64,000 nucleotides of DNA from Caulobacteraceae bacterium (GTDB lineage: Bacteria > Pseudomonadota > Alphaproteobacteria > Caulobacterales > Caulobacteraceae). Positions 34,599 to 42,952 of the stretch are shown piece after piece. The notes under the pieces were generated by a model. That model was not told where the DNA came from, did not search any database, and worked only from the letters and a program-made list of their open reading frames with translations. The stretch is from positions 22,755 through 86,754 of the forward strand of contig PLRV01000025.1 of NCBI GenBank assembly GCA_003164925.1, written 5' to 3'. Both the position numbers and the translations under genes were made by a program. How positions within the stretch are numbered: the stretch's first letter is position 1; each line of letters begins with the position of its first letter.

Positions 34599-36128
34599 AT
34601 GGACGGGACAAAGGATTTGCAGACGGATAATCCCTGTTGGCGGAGGGAAAAGGCCCGCCGGGCCGCGATCCTGCTCGACAGCGGCGCTTACTTCGCGGCG
34701 GCCATGTCGGCCATGCACCGCGCCCGCCACTCCATCCTGCTCCTGGGCTGGGGTTTCGATCCCCGCACCCGCCTGACCCCCGACTTGAAGGGCAATGAGC
34801 ACGGCCCCGACGAGATCGGCGCCCTTTTGGCCCGCCTGGCGGCGCTCAGGCCGGAACTGGACATCCGCGTGCTGATCTGGAAGTCCGCCCTGCCCGTCAG
34901 CGCCTCCCAACGCTTCTTCCCCCACCGCGCGCGCTGGTGGTTCATCGGCACGCGGGTGCATTTCGAGCTGGACGCCACTGTGCCCTTCGGCGCCTGCCAC
35001 CATCAGAAGGTGTTGGTGATCGACGACCAGGTGGCCTTCGTCGGCGGCGGGGACTTTGGCGTCGACCGATGGGACTCCACCCGCCACCTGGACCAGGACG
35101 TGCGACGGATCATGCCGGGTGGAGCGCGCCACGGACCTCGGCACGAAGCGATGATGCTGGTGGATGGCGACGCCGCCCGCGCCTTGGGCGACCTGGCGCG
35201 CCAGCGCTGGGCCGACGCCGGATTCACCCCCCCTTCCCCGGTCGAACCCACGGACCGGGATCCAGAGCGGCACGATCCCTGGCCCGCCCTGATCGCTCCC
35301 CAATGGCGCGATGTTCACATCGCCATCGCCCGCACTGAACCGGCATGGCGGCAAAACCCGGAGGTGCGCGAGATCGAGTCCCTGCACCTGGACGACATCC
35401 GCCGGGCGCGGCGCTTGATCTATCTGGAAAACCAGTATTTCACCTCCGTCCCCATCGGCGAGGCCTTGGCCGAGCGGCTGGCCGAGCCGGACGGGCCGGA
35501 GGTGGTGTTGATCTCCTCGGCCCATAGCCCCAGCTATTTCGACCGCTGGACCATGGACCGCACCCGCTGGCAGCTGGTGGAGCGGCTGAAGGCGGCCGAC
35601 CGCTACGGCCGATTCCGCGCCTTTTGCCCCTACACCAGCGGCGGCCATGCGATCATCGTCCACTCCAAGGTGAGCGTGATCGACGATGAGGTGCTGCGGG
35701 TGGGATCGGCCAACCTGAACCATCGCTCGGCCGGCTTCGACACCGAATGCGACCTGGCGCTGAATGCCCGGCCCGGTTCGCCGGAGGCGGCGGCGGTCGG
35801 CTCCGTCCACGCGCGGCTTGTCGGCCACTTCCTCGGCCTGAGCGGACCGCACATGGAGGCCGCCATCGCCGAGGCGGGCGGCCTGGTCGGCGCCCTGGAC
35901 AAACTCACCGCCCATGCAGACGCCCGCCTTAGACCCTTGCAACCCTTGATGATGGGCCCCCTGGCGCGGATCATCTCGGCCTTCCACCTGGGCGACCCGA
36001 TCAGCCCGGCCGATTCCTTCAAGCCGCTGCTGCGCCGCCGGCTGCTCGACCCGGCGCGGCGCGGCCTGGCCCTGGCGGGCCGGACATCACAGCAGTTCAA
36101 GGTCGACGAGCAACGGGAGGTGATCTGA
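34599..36128 (+). CDS. Phospholipase D family protein (ClsB-like, two HKD motifs)
   Basis: HKD motifs HHQKVLVIDDQVAFVGGGD and VHSKVSVIDDEVLRVGSANLNHRS. A GAGGAG SD precedes the ATG. Confidence 0.85.
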   Translation: MDGTKDLQTDNPCWRREKARRAAILLDSGAYFAAAMSAMHRARHSILLLGWGFDPRTRLTPDLKGNEHGPDEIGALLARLAALRPELDIRVLIWKSALPVSASQRFFPHRARWWFIGTRVHFELDATVPFGACHHQKVLVIDDQVAFVGGGDFGVDRWDSTRHLDQDVRRIMPGGARHGPRHEAMMLVDGDAARALGDLARQRWADAGFTPPSPVEPTDRDPERHDPWPALIAPQWRDVHIAIARTEPAWRQNPEVREIESLHLDDIRRARRLIYLENQYFTSVPIGEALAERLAEPDGPEVVLISSAHSPSYFDRWTMDRTRWQLVERLKAADRYGRFRAFCPYTSGGHAIIVHSKVSVIDDEVLRVGSANLNHRSAGFDTECDLALNARPGSPEAAAVGSVHARLVGHFLGLSGPHMEAAIAEAGGLVGALDKLTAHADARLRPLQPLMMGPLARIISAFHLGDPISPADSFKPLLRRRLLDPARRGLALAGRTSQQFKVDEQREVI

Positions 36129-36818
36129 CGCCAGCCGCGCCAGGGGCGCGGTGACCGCCCGCACCGCCTTGACCGCGATGCCGCCGCTGACGAACACGTG
36201 GTCGATGGCCAGGACGGGAAAGCGCGAGGGAAAGGTGGGGCACGGGCCGCGAGTCTGATCTGTCTTGCGCGCGTCCCCCAGCGTCGCCGCCAAGGTCCGG
36301 TAGACCGAATGATGCGGCGTGGCGTTGAAATCGCCCAGCAGGACGATGGGATCGCGCCGGAGCGGCCCGCCCAGCCATTCGGGGCCGGCCAGGGCCCGCG
36401 CCTGGGCCCGCTGCTCGTGGGGCACAAGGCCCAGATGGGTGTTGAGCACCTGCAGCCGGCGCCCGCCGATGGCGATGTCGACCAGCAGGGCGCCGCGCGG
36501 CTCCAGCCGCCGCAGGGCGTTGGACCCGGGCAGGGCTCCGGCCTTGACCAGGGTCAGATCGCCGGAGGTCAGGATGGCGTCGCCATATTGCTCCTCCTCC
36601 ACCTTGAGCGCGGCGTTGAAGTGGAAGGCCATGCCCAGGCGCGCGGCCAAGGCGTGGGCCTGGTCCACCCCGCCGGTGCGCAGGCGGCCGACGTCCAGCT
36701 CCTGCAGGGCGACGATGTCCGGGCGCGCCTGGGCGATGACGGCGGCGACGCGGCCCACGTCCAGCTTGCGATCCACGCCCACGCAGCGGTGGACGTTGTA
36801 GGTCATGATCCTGAGCAT
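36087..36818 (-). CDS. Endonuclease/exonuclease/phosphatase (EEP) family protein
   Basis: MLRIMTYNVHRC...LQELD...SDHLPLLVDLEL, the EEP hallmark motifs. The 3' end overlaps the PLD gene convergently by 42 nt. Confidence 0.8.
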   Translation of the reverse strand: MLRIMTYNVHRCVGVDRKLDVGRVAAVIAQARPDIVALQELDVGRLRTGGVDQAHALAARLGMAFHFNAALKVEEEQYGDAILTSGDLTLVKAGALPGSNALRRLEPRGALLVDIAIGGRRLQVLNTHLGLVPHEQRAQARALAGPEWLGGPLRRDPIVLLGDFNATPHHSVYRTLAATLGDARKTDQTRGPCPTFPSRFPVLAIDHVFVSGGIAVKAVRAVTAPLARLASDHLPLLVDLELL

Positions 36819-36915
36819 TGCCCTTATTGAACGCCGGGCAGCGGGAAAAGGCGAGGCGGCGGTGACCAGCCAGAGGGTGGAATTGCTCCCCAATGCCGAA
36901 CCCCTGAGTATCTGA

Positions 36916-38394
36916 TTAGCTCGTTCGCGTGCGTTCTAATTGGCGCGAGGCGAGCATACCGGCCGCAAGCCGGGAGTCGGCGTCGATGCGGCATGCGAGG
37001 CGCCGCAGCGCGGCCTGGGCTTCGGTGCAGACCGAGGCGGGCAGCGGGCTTGACCCGAGCCGCTTGATCAAGACCGCCAGGCGGCCAAGCCGCAGGCGCG
37101 TTGGATCCGGCCCGGAACGCACCTCGACTTCAAAATTGTGGCGCTTGACGAGGGCGCACAGGCGCCGTCCCAGTTCGGCCTGCGCGGTCGCGCCCCGCGC
37201 GATTTCGATCATATCGATGATGGCGTCCACATCTTCCAGCGCGCTGCGGCAGCAGGCCAGCCGTTGATCGACAAAAGCTTGGCTGGAGAGCCGAGCCCAG
37301 CAGGCGACTTCGGCGGCGGCCATAGCTTCCTGGTCGATCAGCGGCCCGCAACCGTCCAGTAGGGCGAATCCGGTTTGGACCCCGTTGATTTCCCCCATGG
37401 GATCGCCTGGCCACAGGCGCGATTGGCTGGCCAAAACGTCGACCACGCGGGCCGCAGCTGCGCGGCGTACGCCCACAAGGCGCGCTGAGCCGTGCAACTC
37501 CAGCGCCAGTCGCGCGCCCAGTCCATGCAGGCTTGTCAGCGAACGCCGCGCGTATGGAAGCTGCTTGGCCGCCTGCACGGCCGAGGGCGGCGCGACGATG
37601 CACAGCAAGGCCAGCGCCTGGGCGCCGGGGGCGAAGTGCGGTCCGAATATCTGCGCTAGATCGCCGTGGACGCCAAGGATCTCGGTCAAGGGCTCGCGCG
37701 CCAGCGAACGCTCAGCTGGCGCCCCCTCGCTGATCAGGTCGAGCAGGATCTCGACCTTGGCCGCCCAATCTGGCGCGGGCCTCAAAGCTGCCGCCAGGGT
37801 GACGCCGGAACGCAACAAGGGCTCGTCCGCGCCGTCTGCGTCCAGCCGGCACAGGCGGTCGATCGCGCGCCGCGCCAGACGGCCGAGCGCCTCGCGCGTG
37901 GACTGTTCCGCTCCACCCCGCTCAGCGCCGTCAAGCGCGGTTGCGGCTTGGACCGCAGCGCTGAGCTCAGCTGCGCAGGCCTCCAGTTGTTCGGCCAAAT
38001 CGGCGCGGTGCAGAAGCTCGAACGGCGTGACGCCATGGCGCGCTAGCCAGTCGCCCAGGACGCGGCCGATCACCGCCCTGGCCCTAGCGCTATACAGATC
38101 CTGGGGCCAGGAGCAGGCCGGTAGCGGACTTGCCTGAACCGATGGGCGTCGGGCTCCGGCTGGGACCTTCAGGCGCGTCAGCGGACCGCGTTCGAGCAAA
38201 ATGAGGCTGCGGAACAGGCCCGAGGCCGGATCGCGGGCCTCCTTGGTCACCCGCACCGCGCCGGCGCCAGAGGCAAGAGCCTCGTCGGCCGCCGTCAACA
38301 CAGCCGAACGACGCTCGCTGGCGAGCGTCAACGCCCATGCCGCCCGTCGATGGCGGCGCACGAATAGCTCGAAATGAATCAGGCCAAGTGGCAT
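36916..38394 (-). CDS. Hypothetical protein, 492 aa, Ala/Leu/Arg-rich, no TM segment or signal peptide
   Basis: A long ORF with an ATG start and no competing sense gene. GC-rich third positions fit a real gene. I do not recognise any family. Confidence 0.5.
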   Translation of the reverse strand: MPLGLIHFELFVRRHRRAAWALTLASERRSAVLTAADEALASGAGAVRVTKEARDPASGLFRSLILLERGPLTRLKVPAGARRPSVQASPLPACSWPQDLYSARARAVIGRVLGDWLARHGVTPFELLHRADLAEQLEACAAELSAAVQAATALDGAERGGAEQSTREALGRLARRAIDRLCRLDADGADEPLLRSGVTLAAALRPAPDWAAKVEILLDLISEGAPAERSLAREPLTEILGVHGDLAQIFGPHFAPGAQALALLCIVAPPSAVQAAKQLPYARRSLTSLHGLGARLALELHGSARLVGVRRAAAARVVDVLASQSRLWPGDPMGEINGVQTGFALLDGCGPLIDQEAMAAAEVACWARLSSQAFVDQRLACCRSALEDVDAIIDMIEIARGATAQAELGRRLCALVKRHNFEVEVRSGPDPTRLRLGRLAVLIKRLGSSPLPASVCTEAQAALRRLACRIDADSRLAAGMLASRQLERTRTS

Positions 38395-39141
38395 GGCGCA
38401 CGACTCCCACGTGAGAATTTCCGAAATGCAGGGCCGGAATTCTTCCGTGGACGCGCTGTGGCGACCTGACGCGAAAAGCTTGCGCCGCCCGCGTTTCAGC
38501 TCGGTTAGCGGATATGGTGAACGGCGCGCTAAGCTGCGGCCGTTTGTTTAAGCCCGCTTTGAGTCATGCAGCGCGGTAATGACCGATCGGCGCCAATTTC
38601 GGTCATTTGCATCCCGCTCGAAAAGCGACATCGCCGCCCTGCGGCACGAGTAAGGAACATCGGCGGCCTTCGGTCCATGCAGGGCCGCACCCTTGCGGAC
38701 CCGGGCACGAGCGCTGTCAAGGAGATTAGGTCAGCGGAGAGAATCGACCTGTCACGGACGATTGGGAGGTCCACTGTGGGGCCACAGTCATGGGATCTTC
38801 GGACTGGACGAGAACATCGCTGATCACTGCTGCGAGGCCTAGAAAGAATCGCCGATCAGCCTTAGCGCATCATGTCTATCGGACTGCGAGACTGGGAGCA
38901 TCGGTACTAATCAGCGCCGGTTGGTGCAAGATATTTTTGATCTACTGACGATGCAATCATCTGTTCCGGATATTATTTTCCGTAGACCATAACATACTCC
39001 ACAATATTCCGCGCTTATCATTCTTGATACAATTTTGGGCGGGGCGCTTGCTGAAAAATACTGGCTTGGTCTTTGCATCTCCTTTTGGCATCGATCGGCA
39101 ACCGCCGACGAAATTATGGCGCCTACATTGGAGATACCCCA

Positions 39142-40383
39142 ATGACTATAAGCAGCATCAACGGGGGGGGCAGTGAAAGCCTACTCCTTCAGCAATTAAT
39201 GCGGATGGAATCGTCTGCCGCCGCCAACACGAACGGCCAGGCAGATTCCTCCCAATCGGCACTATCTGCCTCAGGTACGCAAGGTCCGCCGTCCGCCCCG
39301 CCTCCTTGGCCGAGTAATAATGGATCAGATCTTTTCAGTTCCGATACATTGTCCAGCCTGAGCTCGACGCAAGCAAACTCCAGCGGAAGTTCGACATCAT
39401 CGTCGTCCGGATTAGACGCCATGGCATCGAGCTTGGCGTCCCAACTGATCAGCAATTATGGCTCGGCGGGGGATGGCGCCATCAGCCTGTCGGATATCGA
39501 GTCAGCGTTAGGCTCCAGCGCAAGTTCCTCCACATCGACGTCATCGGTCTCCACAGGCGCGGACACAAGCGGACTGGCGAGCGCATTTTCAGCTTTGGAC
39601 ACGAACGGCGACGGCAAGCTAAGCCAATCGGAGCTGGCAAGTGGTTTGGAGGCCATGTTCAGTCAAGCCGCGGCCTCCGGCGGGCCGCCTCCAGGTCCGC
39701 CGCCGGGCAACATCCCGGATGGCTCATCCACCACGTCTGCGACAGCAGCGGCCACCAGCACCGGAACAAGCGACGTATCAAGTTCGAGCACATCAAGCTC
39801 GACGGCCAGCACTTCGACTTCGACTACGGATCAGACTTCTGCGGCCCAGCAATTGGCGCAAGTCTTAGGGAGCCTTCTGACGCAGCTAGCCCAAGCTCAG
39901 TATGCGGACGTGAGCCAACTGACATCGGATGGCTCATCCACCACGACGGGAGGAGCCGCTAGCACTGGAACAAGCGACGCTTCAAGTTCGAGCGCATCAA
40001 ACTCCTCGGCCAGCGCTTCAAATTCCAGTACGAATCAGACTTCCGAGGCGCAGCAGTTGGCGCAAATCCTGGAGAGTTTTCTGGCGCAGCTGGCTCAGGC
40101 CCAGTATTCGAGCATCGGCCAATTGGCGTCGAATGACTCATCGACCAACACGGCCTCTTCGGCAGGCGCAGGCGCTAGCACCGGAATAAGCGGCGTTTCA
40201 AGTTCGAGCACATCAAGCTCAGCGGCCAGCGCTTCGAATTCGAGCACAGGGCAGACGTCTGAGACGCAGCAACTGGCGCAAGCCTTGCAGCACTTTCTGG
40301 CGCAGGCGGCTCAAGCCCAATATGCGAATGCGAGCCAATTAATGAACGTGAGTACTCAACAATCGACGACAGTCACGGCGTAG
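39142..40383 (+). CDS. Ser/Thr-rich EF-hand protein with three about 70-aa tandem repeats
   Basis: ATG 39142 is preceded by GGAGA (7-nt spacing). There is a canonical EF-hand loop DTNGDGKLSQSE (39598-39633) preceded by a degenerate one (GSAGDGAISLSD). Three repeats each combine an S/T-rich stretch with QQLAQxLxxFLAQxAQAQY. Confidence 0.7.
   Translation: MTISSINGGGSESLLLQQLMRMESSAAANTNGQADSSQSALSASGTQGPPSAPPPWPSNNGSDLFSSDTLSSLSSTQANSSGSSTSSSSGLDAMASSLASQLISNYGSAGDGAISLSDIESALGSSASSSTSTSSVSTGADTSGLASAFSALDTNGDGKLSQSELASGLEAMFSQAAASGGPPPGPPPGNIPDGSSTTSATAAATSTGTSDVSSSSTSSSTASTSTSTTDQTSAAQQLAQVLGSLLTQLAQAQYADVSQLTSDGSSTTTGGAASTGTSDASSSSASNSSASASNSSTNQTSEAQQLAQILESFLAQLAQAQYSSIGQLASNDSSTNTASSAGAGASTGISGVSSSSTSSSAASASNSSTGQTSETQQLAQALQHFLAQAAQAQYANASQLMNVSTQQSTTVTA
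39718..40350 (+). repeat. Coding tandem repeat, 3 units (210 + 207 + about 216 nt)
   Basis: Unit starts are at 39718, 39928 and 40135 (GATGGCTCATCCACCACG / GATGGCTCATCCACCACG / GACTCATCGACCAAC). Each unit ends in ...GCCCA(G/A)TATGCG... Confidence 0.85.
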
Positions 40384-40841
40384 CCCGCATTTTTCACCCT
40401 GTGGCTTGGGGCGGTGCTCTTGGGGTGCGGGCGGATTTTTGGAAGGTGTTGCGTTTGACGGCCACGGCGCAGGACCGGCCATTGAGGGCCTAGACTGCAG
40501 GGTCTAATTATCCTCGGTTGTTGATGACCCTGGCGGGGCGCGGGGTTCAGAGTTCCCTGGGGCGGGCTGAGGGGTGCTGTCGGCTTGATTCGCCAAAGTC
40601 GCAGACACCCCTCCTCTTTCCCATCTGGGCAGCCGCGTTCGGTGGCGGGGTTTGACCTCGCGCGGGAGAACCCCAAATCAGCCCCATCAGAACCGCGGCG
40701 GCGCAGGCCGGCAATGTCTGCCGAATAGGGGTTGGCGTCGTTCTGTGGGGGCCATTGGGGCCGTCTAAAGCCCCACAAGGGCGGCGGAGGGGCCGATTCT
40801 TACCGGAACTGAGGCAGGAATCCCTCCGCCTATCAGTCTTG

Positions 40842-42245
40842 TCACCCAACAGCTCGAGGCAGTACGACTTCAGCGATGAGGCCCCTGGCGCCGGACCGAA
40901 GCACGACGTCCCCGCCGTGACTTCGTGCGACGGCCCGGGCGATTGACAACCCCAATCCAACGCCGGTCGACTGCTCCTGCCGGGCTGCCTCGGTTCGGTA
41001 GAAGGGCGTGAACACCCTTTCCAACTCACGCTGGGGCAGGCCTGGTCCGTCATCGATGATCGTCACGACCGCCGCGCCGTCGCGCTCGGCGAAGAAAACC
41101 TCCACCCTTGCCCCGTACTTCACGGCATTGTCGATCAGGTTGGCGAAGAGACGCTGCAAGCCCACGGCGTCGCCGTCGACAACGAGGGGCGGCGCGAATG
41201 TCGCGCACACGTCCGCGCCGCCCGTCGCCGCCTCGTCCGCCGTGCTGATGACCAACGAAACCAGATCCAGCCGCTGGCGGACGCTGGGCGTCGCATGGTC
41301 TTGGTTGAACGCGATAACGCCATCGATCATGTGCTCCATCTGTCGCACATCGGAAAGGACAGCGGTCCGGAGCGCAGGCTCAACCTTCTCCAGCTTGAAC
41401 CGAATGCGGGTGAGCGGGGTGCGCAGATCGTGGGATATCGCGCCGATCATGCTGACGCGGTCCGCGACGTAGCGCTGCAAACGAGTCTGCATGGCGTTGA
41501 AGGCGCGCGCCGCCACGCCAATCTCCGCTGGACCTGATGGCGCTATCGGCGAGGCCTGGGGATCGCGCCCCAAGGTCTCCGCCGAGGCCGCGAATCCGCG
41601 CAGGGGGGCCGATATCCGCTGGGCAAACCAGAACCCGATCGGCCCCATGATCAGCAGGCCACCGCCGACCCAGACGATCGCACGACGGATCCATTCCAGA
41701 TCGGGCTCCGGTTCAACGATCGCCCACTTCTCATCGGGCCGTCGCCAAGCCGCGGCAAATTCGCCGCGCAAAGTCAACATCTCCAGGCCGGGAGGACGGA
41801 AAATCTCCAGGCCGGGAGGACGGAAATCCAGCGGGAGCTTGCCGGGCGGGCCGCCAAAGCCGGGACCTGCGCCCGGGAACCGAAGCGGCGGCCCCAGGTT
41901 CAGCATGAAGAAGGGGGGCGGCCCCCGACGAACCAGGCGAATTCTCTCTTCGGGTGATCCCATGACTTGCGCCAGGCGGCTCAGGCTGGGGTCTGTTTGC
42001 CGTCTCAATTCCGTCGGCAGGTTAGTGGCGACGCTGCGGCGCAGACGGCGCCCCTGGTCGCTCGCCAGGGATTCGCCCTTGAGAGCCGCGGCCACTTGCA
42101 CAAAACTGTAAATCGGCGGCGGCGAGGGCGGCAGGAGGAAGACCGCGAGGATCGTGACGCCCTGGGCGGTGATCACGGTGCTAAGCACCAGGATCATGAC
42201 CTGCGCCGTCAAGGACAACCGGATTTTGCCGCGATCCACGCTCAT
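40842..42245 (-). CDS. Two-component sensor histidine kinase (HAMP-HisKA-HATPase)
   Basis: Two TM segments. H-box SMIGAISHDLRTPLTRI, N-box LIDNAVKY, G-boxes DDGPGL and GVGLGLSI. The ATG overlaps the response regulator stop as ATGA. Confidence 0.85.
   Translation of the reverse strand: MSVDRGKIRLSLTAQVMILVLSTVITAQGVTILAVFLLPPSPPPIYSFVQVAAALKGESLASDQGRRLRRSVATNLPTELRRQTDPSLSRLAQVMGSPEERIRLVRRGPPPFFMLNLGPPLRFPGAGPGFGGPPGKLPLDFRPPGLEIFRPPGLEMLTLRGEFAAAWRRPDEKWAIVEPEPDLEWIRRAIVWVGGGLLIMGPIGFWFAQRISAPLRGFAASAETLGRDPQASPIAPSGPAEIGVAARAFNAMQTRLQRYVADRVSMIGAISHDLRTPLTRIRFKLEKVEPALRTAVLSDVRQMEHMIDGVIAFNQDHATPSVRQRLDLVSLVISTADEAATGGADVCATFAPPLVVDGDAVGLQRLFANLIDNAVKYGARVEVFFAERDGAAVVTIIDDGPGLPQRELERVFTPFYRTEAARQEQSTGVGLGLSIARAVARSHGGDVVLRSGARGLIAEVVLPRAVG
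41779..41826 (-). repeat. Perfect 24-bp tandem duplication inside the kinase sensor domain
   Basis: ATCTCCAGGCCGGGAGGACGGAAA occurs twice on the plus strand. It encodes FRPPGLEI/FRPPGLEM in frame. Confidence 0.95.
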
Positions 42246-42952
42246 CCGCGGTCAACCTCGCAGTCGATGATGTAACCCACCCCGCGTTGGGTGCGGATCA
42301 GGTTTTCCCCGCCGTGACTCTGAAGCTTGCGCCGCAGCCGGCTGACCAGCAGATCGATGGCCCGACTGTCGGCCCCGTAATCCGTGCGGCTGGGGCCGAG
42401 CAGCTCTTCACGCGTCATAACCTCCAGGGGCTGAAGAAGGAGCGCTCCCAGGAGCGAAGATTCTCCGGCGGTCAGCACAATCAAGGTGCCACTGGGCGCC
42501 TTGAGTTCGCGCCGGGCGGAATCATAGCTGAATCCTTCAAACCGAAAGACCGAGGAGCGGCCGCCAGCCTGGGATCCAAGATCGCGCCGGCGCAGGACGG
42601 CCCGGGTGCGCGCCAGGAGTTCGCGAGGACTGAATGGCTTGGCGAGGTAATCGTCAGCTCCCAGTTCTAGGCCGAGCACGCGGTCGACCTCCTCACCCGC
42701 GGCGCTGACCATGATTACGGCCGTCCCCGCGTTGTGAACAACGCGGCGGCAGACGGACAAGCCGCCCTCCCCGGGCAGCCGCAAGTCCAAGATAATGAGA
42801 TCGACGGGACGGGCCGCCAGCGCCCGGTCCATCGCCTTGGCGTCGCCGGCGGCCGAAACGTCGAATTCGTACTCGTTCAAATAGCGGCTGATCTGCTCGC
42901 GAAGCTCCGGATCGTCGTCCACGATCAGAATGCGTTTGTTGGCGGAGGCCAT
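42242..42952 (-). CDS. OmpR/PhoB-family response regulator
   Basis: Receiver domain KRILIVDDDPELRE...DLIILDLRLPG, and a winged-helix output ending in RTQRGVGYI. ATG at 42952. Confidence 0.9.
   Translation of the reverse strand: MASANKRILIVDDDPELREQISRYLNEYEFDVSAAGDAKAMDRALAARPVDLIILDLRLPGEGGLSVCRRVVHNAGTAVIMVSAAGEEVDRVLGLELGADDYLAKPFSPRELLARTRAVLRRRDLGSQAGGRSSVFRFEGFSYDSARRELKAPSGTLIVLTAGESSLLGALLLQPLEVMTREELLGPSRTDYGADSRAIDLLVSRLRRKLQSHGGENLIRTQRGVGYIIDCEVDRG

Noticed and set aside
34578-35987. 469-aa minus-strand ORF
   Set aside because: It is antisense to the phospholipase D gene, which carries two clear HKD motifs.
38529-38823. Two small overlapping ORFs (81 aa minus strand, 85 aa plus strand) in the long intergenic region
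   Set aside because: They mutually overlap on opposite strands, have no SD and no motif, and show Arg-rich composition. They are probably noise, and the region is reported as non-coding instead.
39718-40350. Regularly spaced about 210-nt repeats, considered as a CRISPR-like or satellite array
   Set aside because: The repeats are in frame inside a single ORF, are long and divergent, and have no spacer structure. This is a coding tandem repeat, not CRISPR.
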